Source: Candidatus Levyibacteriota bacterium
Lineage (GTDB): Bacteria > Patescibacteriota > Microgenomatia > Levybacterales > UBA12049
Assembly (NCBI GenBank): GCA_963722305.1
Contig: CAVRKE010000002.1
Location: forward strand, 586,678 to 650,677
Direction: 5' to 3'
Length of the DNA stretch: 64,000 bases
The notes under the pieces: generated by a model
What the model was told of the DNA's origin: nothing
The model's database searches: none
What the model saw: the letters and a program-made list of their open reading frames with translations, nothing else
Shown: positions 57,634-64,000 of the stretch, one piece after another
Layout: every line of letters begins with the position of its first letter
Numbering within the stretch: the first letter of the stretch is position 1
Made by a program: the position numbers and the translations under genes

Positions 57634-58164
57634 ACCTAACCTAAAAGTGGTATAATATTAGTATAGGTTTTTTAAAACCCGACAGAGTGCAGACAAAATA
57701 GCTGCAAGACGTCGGGATTTTGCGTAATTAAGGGGTATTGATAACCCTATCTTAATTGACATTTATGGTCAGTTTTATAAAGCATATAAGAAGGCTGTTG
57801 TCTTCACATATATAAGATAACTATTATTAAAAATATATAAATTACTTGACAAAATTGGCCTAAAATATATATGTAGGCACGAAAATAATACAAAGTAGGG
57901 TATTTGGGGGTAAAATTAATATATGAAGCTAAAATGGTCTAAAATAAACAAATTATTAATTAAGCTTTTGAGTAAAAAGAATATAATTTTTATTATTCTA
58001 TTGGTTTATTTTTGCATCTCGCATAGTATTGTCGCATTGATTCTTTTATTTTTAACAGGCTACAAGGCAAAATTTAATATTGGTGGTTTTTTCAAAGCTG
58101 ATAATAAATAACCACCCTTGACCCGTTCGGCTCCGCTCAGGGTTGCGCTCCGATAAATCGGAGC

Positions 58165-58193
58165 TTGACACTGTTTTGAACCTATGGTAATAT
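58165..58193 (+). promoter_or_regulatory. rRNA/tRNA operon promoter
   Basis: TTGACA (58165-58170), a 17-nt spacer, TAATAT (58188-58193), upstream of tRNA-Ala and 23S. Confidence 0.55.
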
Positions 58194-58363
58194 CATTTGT
58201 ACGTGAATGAATCCCGATTAGGTTCGGGAGGAATTTATTTTATGATGACACTAAGAAAATTAACTTTTTCAACCGCGTAGGCGGTTTTTGTGGCTTCTTA
58301 TAACTAAATTCCCTCGTTCACTAGTACTTTTAATAATTTAGCTTACGGGATCCCGAAACTTTG

Positions 58364-58436
58364 GGGCCGTTAGTTCACCCGGTAGAACACTTCATTTGCA
58401 ATGAAGAGGTAGGCGGTTCGAGTCCGCCACGGTCCA
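58364..58436 (+). tRNA. tRNA-Ala (anticodon UGC)
   Basis: Acceptor GGGCCGT/ACGGTCC with the G3-U70 identity pair. D-arm GTTC-ACCCGGTA-GAAC. Anticodon loop TTTGCAA. T-arm GGCGG-TTCGAGT-CCGCC. Confidence 0.85.
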
Positions 58437-58596
58437 CCGGATAAACAACGATTCGGGTTCAAATTACTCATTATCTAGAAAGTAGCGCTTGCCACACGAC
58501 GTGGCCGCTACTTTCTAGATACGAAATGAGTTGGCCAATGAAGTACATCGGAGATGACTTCATGGCCATGAAGCGAGTTCTAACTCTGCTTCATTG

Positions 58597-58608
58597 GCTC
58601 TTTAACAA
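58597..58608 (+). promoter_or_regulatory. boxA-like antitermination element
   Basis: GCTCTTTAACAA matches the rRNA leader boxA consensus (TGCTCTTTAACAA) between tRNA-Ala and 23S. Confidence 0.5.
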
Positions 58609-58914
58609 GTGAGGAGAAGGCCCATTGAATTTTTCCGATTTATTTCGGAAGAGTTTAATGGGAAGATTTTTAATCTACTCATAATGCCGATAATGGATGC
58701 CTAGGAGGCTTTGACCGAGGAAGGACGCATACGGCGGCGATACTCGTTGGGGAGGTGCCATAAACCTTTGATCCAGCGGTTTCCGAATGGGGTAACCCAC
58801 CAGCTTGTCTGGTGGCCAAAAATGAACTTGGACTCGTAAGAGTTCATATAACTTTTGGCCGGGTACGGCGTGAACTGAAACATCTAAGTAACGCCAGGAA
58901 TATAAATCATCCGA

Positions 58915-58946
<32 letters not shown>

Positions 58947-60743
58947 CAGTCTAAACTTGTGCGCAGCACAAGAAATCACAAATCACAATGACCAAATCTC
59001 AATTAATTTTGGGATTTGGATTTTGGAGCTTGGGGTTTCTCGCGTTGCGCGCGAGGGTTGCAGGGCAGACGATATTCGATTAAATTCAGGTAGCAGAAGG
59101 ATCCGGAATGGTCCTCCACAGAGAGTGAAAGACTCGTACGCGAAACTTGAATTTACGATAGTCTGTTCCTAAGTACCATGGGGTACGGTGAAACCCTGTG
59201 GGAATCTGGGGCGGCCACGTTCCAAGACTAAATATCAAAGTCTACCGATAGTGAACTAGTACCGCGAGGGAAAGGTGAAAAGCACCCCGGGAGGGGAATG
59301 AAATAGAACTGAAATTGTCGGCTAACAAGCAGGCAGAGTCGAGCGCAAGCGAGATGATGCCGTGCCTATTGAAGAATGAACCGGTGAGTTATTGATTGCA
59401 GTATAGCTTAACCAAGCTTGTCTTGGGGAGGCGTAGTGAAAGCGTGCCCTAACCGGGCGATTAATTGCAGTCATTAGACCCGAAACTGGGTGAGCTAACC
59501 TTGAGCAGGGTGAATGTTGACGAAAGTTAGCAGGAGGCCCGAACTCGTAGCAGCAGCAATTGCTTGAGATGACTTGAGGTTAGGGGCAATATGCCAAACG
59601 AACCCAGAGATAGCTGGTTCTCCCCGAAATATATTTTGGTATAGCGGTTATTTGTAATACGCTGAGGTAGAGCACTGGATGATCATTTGCGTCGCAAGAC
59701 GTAGGGATTAACCAAACTCCGAATGCAGCCGTATGTTTAATAACTAGTCAGACTCGTCGGGCTAAGCCGATGGGTCAAAAGGGAAACAGCCCAGACTCCC
59801 ATCTAAGGCCTCTAAATAAAGGCTAAGTTTTGAACGAAGTCAAATTTCATAGACAACCAGGAAGTTGGCTTAGAAGCAGCCATCTTTTAAAGAAAGCGTA
59901 ACAGCTCACTGGAGGATGATATTTGGCGCGAAAAATTTATCGAGGATTAAGCCTTTTGCCGAAGTTGGAGTTCCTATTTTATTAATTTAAGGTAGGGAGG
60001 TAGGGGAGCGTTCTATTTGCAGTGAAGCCGAGGTGTAAACCGAGGTGGAGCGGATAGAAGTGAGAATGCCGGTATGAGTAGCGAAATGCATGTGAGAATC
60101 GTGCACGCCGAATATCCAAGGTTTCCTCCGCAATGTAAGTCAGCGGAGGGTTAGTCGGTCCTAAGGGTGTGCCTCGTTAAAGGGGCGTAGCCCGATGGAT
60201 AAGTCGTTGAAATTCGACTACAGAATGTGAACCGTTCAAGGGAAGGACGAAAGTGGAAGAGCTGAGTCCCGTTCGCGGGATTTAAGCAGTAAGATAGTGA
60301 TAACTGGTAAATCCGTTATCGTGTTTAATCAAGCTGCAAATAAAAGGGATTAGTAATAATTCCGATTTAGTAGCTTTCAGTTTCCGAGAAAATTTTCATT
60401 GAGTCCCAAGAGCAATCGAAGGACAAATTCATATTTTTCCGTACCGCAAACCGACACAGGTGGATTGGTCGAGAAGACTAAGGCGATCGAGTGACAGATG
60501 TTCAAGGAACTCGGCAAAAAAGCTAGGCGTAACCTATGGGAGATGCCTTGTCCTGATTAGTTTCAGGATTGCAACAAAAGTTTATTTACCGACTGTTTAT
60601 CTAAAACACAGGTCCCTGCAAAGCCGAAAGGCAAAGTATAGGGGCTGACGCCTGCCCAGTGCTGGTAAGTCAAATATCGTGAATAAAACGTCGCAAGATG
60701 TCAGTTTGTGATATAAGCTCCAGTAAACGGCAGCAGTAACTAT

Positions 60744-61452
60744 AAGAAATTGTAGTTATAAAATTTAGCTATATGCTGGAAAATCTGTACCGCAACTGTT
60801 TAAAACAGACGGTTGAAGTATCTGGCGTTACTATGTTATATTTAATGTAGTGAAAAAACGTCCAGCGCAGACAATCAGCAGGAAAGACCTTGATCGGAAG
60901 AATTTAGGCTATTTTATAGCGGGGTTTGTAGAAGGAGAAGGGAGTTTTAATGTATCACTTCGTAAAAAAAGTGATTATAAGGTTAAATGGCAAATTGTTT
61001 TAAGTTTTAATGTTTCCCAAAAAGATCCATCAGTTCTTTTTATAATAAAAAAAGAACTAGGATGTGGAATAATTAAAACAAGAAAAGATGGTTTGCATTC
61101 TCTAGATATTACAAACTCTCAAGAAATAGTCAAAAAAGTTATTCCATATTTCACAAGATATCCTTTACTATCTAATAGTAAAATTAATAACTTTAATATA
61201 TTCTGTAAAATCTCAAAGCTTGTTGAAAGCGGAGAGCATAGAGATATTAAGGGATTAAAAAGAATTTTACTTTTAAGAGAAAAATTAAATGAAGGTAAAG
61301 GAAGAACAAGGAAATATGGATATAATGATATATTTCCGATTGAGGAATCCTCAGAGACTATACGCTAAACCCGCTTATAAGCGGTGATGATATAGTCCGA
61401 CCTCATGGACGACCATGAGACTCTGTATTCAATCAGAGCAAGTAACAATGTG
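60744..61452 (+). mobile_element. group I intron 1 in 23S (E. coli position ~1917 region) with LAGLIDADG ORF
   Basis: The 5' exon ends ...GTAACTAT. The R element TCAGAGACTATACG overlaps the ORF end. The S element GATGATATAGTCCGACC is present. The intron ends ...CAATGTG before the 14-nt exon AACTGTTCTATGGT. Confidence 0.65.
60850..61368 (+). CDS. LAGLIDADG homing endonuclease (intron-encoded)
   Basis: Single-motif LAGLIDADG: LGYFIAGFVEGEGSF. Confidence 0.8.
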   Translation: MKKRPAQTISRKDLDRKNLGYFIAGFVEGEGSFNVSLRKKSDYKVKWQIVLSFNVSQKDPSVLFIIKKELGCGIIKTRKDGLHSLDITNSQEIVKKVIPYFTRYPLLSNSKINNFNIFCKISKLVESGEHRDIKGLKRILLLREKLNEGKGRTRKYGYNDIFPIEESSETIR

Positions 61453-61466
61453 AACTGTTCTATGGT

Positions 61467-61712
61467 AACACTTCGTTGCTTTAGAAAAAGTGTTTTAGAA
61501 ATCTAACTATATGCTGGAATAACTCAGAATCCAACAGTACCAGAAATGGTAAAAATCTGTTTGGTGGAGTCAATCAGCAGGGAAGATCCCGATCTCTCGG
61601 GAAACCCTCAGAGACTAAACGTTAGAGTCGCCATTCAGGCGATAAGATATAGTCCGACCTCCGATGCGAATCGGAGAATCTAGATTTGCAAGATCTAGGA
61701 TTAACATAATTG
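61467..61712 (+). other. group I intron 2 in 23S (E. coli ~1931 region), ORF-less
   Basis: R element GGGAAACCCTCAGAGACTAAACG and S element ATAAGATATAGTCCGACC. Ends ...AACATAATTG immediately before exon AGCGAAGTTCC. Confidence 0.6.
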
Positions 61713-62183
61713 AGCGAAGTTCCTTGTCGGGCGAGTTCCGACCCGCACGAAAGGCAGAACGAGTAAATAACTGTCTTGAACATCTACTCGGCGAAATTGA
61801 GATGGCCGTGAAGACGCGGCCTAATTGTACATGGACAAAAAGACCCCGGGAGCTTTACTGTAGCTTGGCATTTGAAAGTATATTCTAACTGTTTAGAATA
61901 GGAGGGAGCTTTGGCAATAGTGAAATACCTCTCTTTGGAATATGCAATCATTACCTCTAGCCGCATAAAAATTCGGCAGAGGGACAGTGTCTGGCGGGCA
62001 GTTTAACTGGGGCGATTGACTCCTACAATGCAACGGAGTCGTATAAAGGTTGGCTAACTGCGGATAGAAATCGCAGTGATAGTGCAAACGCATAAGCCAG
62101 CTTGACTGCGAGACCTACAAGTCGAGCAGGTGGGAAACCAGATGTTAGTGATCCTGTATGGCGTAGTGGTACGCCTACAGCTT

Positions 62184-62216
<33 letters not shown>

Positions 62217-62247
62217 GATCGCATCCAAGCGTCCACAGCGACGATGC

Positions 62248-62305
<58 letters not shown>

Positions 62306-62320
62306 CCGGCTGTTCGCCGG

Positions 62321-62355
<35 letters not shown>

Positions 62356-62363
62356 AAGACAGT

Positions 62364-63146
62364 AAAGTTGACCGTTGCTGTCTTCCTTCAAGCGTTTTGA
62401 TACCCTAAAGAGGGAATTGAAGGGCTCTTAATGAGTATAAATCTAGCTAAATGCTGGAAACTCCGAGAATCTCAGGCTACTTGACAAATTAAAAAGAATA
62501 GAGTTATTCTATCTCTATGTCAAGTAAAAATGTCTTGAGTGCGGACAATCAGCAGGCAACTAGGCAAGTGTCAGATGAATATCTAGCAGGTTTTACTGAT
62601 GGAGAAGGTTGTTTCTATGTGGGATTTGGTAAAAGAAACGATTTGCCGCTAAAATGGCAAGTGATTACCGAATTTCACGTCAGCCAAAATCCGGGCGGGA
62701 GAAACCTTTTAGAGTTGTTCAAAAAACGTCTCGATTGCGGTTATTTAAAGCCCAATCATGCTAAAAATCCAAAAGATAAATCTTGGATTTTGATAGTTAA
62801 AGATAGGGATGATCTAAGAAAAAAGGTAATTCCTTTTTTCAAGAATAATCCGCTTTTAACTTCAAAACAACAAGATTTTATAATTTTTTCAAAAGTGCTT
62901 CAAATTATCGAACAAGGTAAGCATTTAAGAAAGACAGGCTTGAAAGAAATTGCAGAATTAGTTTTTAGCAGTCAGAGAACAACTAATAAAAGATATTCAA
63001 AACAAATGATACTTTCTTAGTACCTCAGAGACTATGTGTTAGACCCGCCAATGAGGCGAGGAAGATATAGTCCGAACTGCATAGCGATATGTAGAGCGTA
63101 GTAGAAATACTTACGCCCTCCGAAAAAACGGAGAGTAACATAATTG
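62364..63146 (+). mobile_element. group I intron 3 in 23S (E. coli position ~2593 region) with LAGLIDADG ORF
   Basis: The 5' exon ends ...GTAAGACAGT. R is CCTCAGAGACTATGTG and S is GAAGATATAGTCCGAAC. Ends ...AACATAATTG before exon TCGGTCTCTATCC. Confidence 0.65.
62517..63020 (+). CDS. LAGLIDADG homing endonuclease (intron-encoded)
   Basis: Motif YLAGFTDGEGCF. Paralogous to the 60850 ORF (shared KWQ..., VIPFF blocks). Confidence 0.8.
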   Translation: MSSKNVLSADNQQATRQVSDEYLAGFTDGEGCFYVGFGKRNDLPLKWQVITEFHVSQNPGGRNLLELFKKRLDCGYLKPNHAKNPKDKSWILIVKDRDDLRKKVIPFFKNNPLLTSKQQDFIIFSKVLQIIEQGKHLRKTGLKEIAELVFSSQRTTNKRYSKQMILS

Positions 63147-63279
63147 TCGGTCTCTATCCTGTACAATCGTTGATATTTGAGAAGATTCGTCCCTAGTACG
63201 AGAGGACTGGGATGAGGGAATCCCTGGTGTGCCGGTTGTTTCCGAATAGGAGCAGCGCCGGGTAGCTAGATTCCCAACC

Positions 63280-63310
<31 letters not shown>

Positions 63311-63604
63311 GGCCTTCAAGATAAGATATCGTGTGCCCGTAAGGGTACTAAAACCCCTTCTAGACTAGGAGGTTGATAGGCGGACAGTGTAAGCGCCGTA
63401 AGGTGTTTAGCTTACCCGTACTAATGGTTTTTAGAGTAGATTGAAAATGATATTTCTCCTCACCTTTAAGGAGCCAAGTTTGACTTGGCGACGCAATCCT
63501 CCTAAGATTGCTCCGTGAGCCGTGTTCGAATAGAACTGAAAAGGCGAACGGTAAAATCGGGAGGATAAAGAGCGCCTTGAACATTAACAATTGAAGATGG
63601 AAAT

Positions 63605-63718
63605 TTTCTGGTAATTTGTGCGAAGTGGCACCACCTCTTCCCATTCCGAACAGAGAAGTGAAACGCTTCAGCGCCTACGATACTGATTTATATTGGGACA
63701 ATAGGTCATTGCCAGAAA
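63605..63718 (+). rRNA. rrf: 5S ribosomal RNA
   Basis: CCCATTCCGAACAGAGAAGTGAAACG...AGCGCC.ACGATACTG core. Terminal helix TTCTGGTAA/TTGCCAGAA. Confidence 0.85.
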
Positions 63719-63757
63719 TTTTCTGTTTTCAATGGTTCGACAAGCTCACCACTATAG

Positions 63758-63784
63758 TTAAAAATCCCCGCGAGGGGATTTTTT
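63758..63784 (+). terminator. intrinsic terminator after 5S rRNA
   Basis: AAAAATCCCCGCGAGGGGATTTTTTT: GC hairpin plus T-run. Confidence 0.8.
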
Positions 63785-63856
63785 TGTGGCTGGTAGGTTC
63801 TAAAACGAAGTGCAACACTTGAGGTAAAATCAATTACCGAAAGGAGGTGTTGCGCT

Positions 63857-64000
63857 ATGTATAATCATTTAACTCTTGTAGAGCGGGAAGAGCTTTATGC
63901 GCTTAAGCATGCAGGACTAAGTCTGGGAGATATTGCAGATAAATTAGGACGAAACAAAGGCACTCTGTCTCGTGAACTCAAAAGAAACAGAACATATACC
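63857..64000 (+). CDS. IS30-family transposase, N-terminal fragment (truncated by window end)
   Basis: MYNHLTLVEREELYALKHAGLSLGDIADKLGRNKGTLSRELKRN is the typical IS30 HTH N-terminus. RBS AAAGGAGGTG upstream. Confidence 0.6.
   Translation, partial: MYNHLTLVEREELYALKHAGLSLGDIADKLGRNKGTLSRELKRNRTYT

Noticed and set aside
57923-58111. 62-aa ORF (MKLKWSKINKLL...) upstream of the rRNA promoter.
   Set aside because: It is AT-rich low-complexity and lies in the promoter-upstream region with no RBS. It is probably non-coding UP-element-like DNA.

Overview
The window is AT-rich with short, tightly packed genes, an rRNA locus lacking 16S, ATP-dependent DNA ligase, TrpB2, a MurD-type ligase and introns in rRNA and tRNA genes. 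By inference this resembles a Patescibacteria/CPR-like small genome. Housekeeping genes include tgt, trpB2-trpS, ftsH, recF, mutM, pth, trxA-trxB, zur-znuABC, murD, an archaeal-type UMP kinase and a 5'-3' exonuclease. A 5' operon under a cobalamin riboswitch candidate carries a PT-rich protein, an ECF S-component-like protein and a PduO adenosyltransferase. Three tRNAs read cleanly: Ile(UAU), Met(CAU) and Ala(UGC). A fourth, Met-like tRNA gene on the minus strand appears interrupted by a ~200-nt group I intron. The 3' end holds an unlinked tRNA-Ala, 23S and 5S rRNA locus with three group I introns in 23S, two encoding LAGLIDADG homing endonucleases. Mobile DNA includes at least five IS elements, two with bounded ends and perfect 8-bp target duplications (a third with bounded ends only), plus a tyrosine recombinase between tRNA genes. 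Two paralogous ZF-DDE transposase genes share a slippery A8 tract after their start codon. Several short repeat families are shared among coding genes, intergenic DNA and the rRNA locus. A higher-GC island at 52.3-57.1 kb carries unknown small proteins, each followed by a repeated GC-rich motif. All calls come from reading the sequence and the ORF translations; no searches were run.
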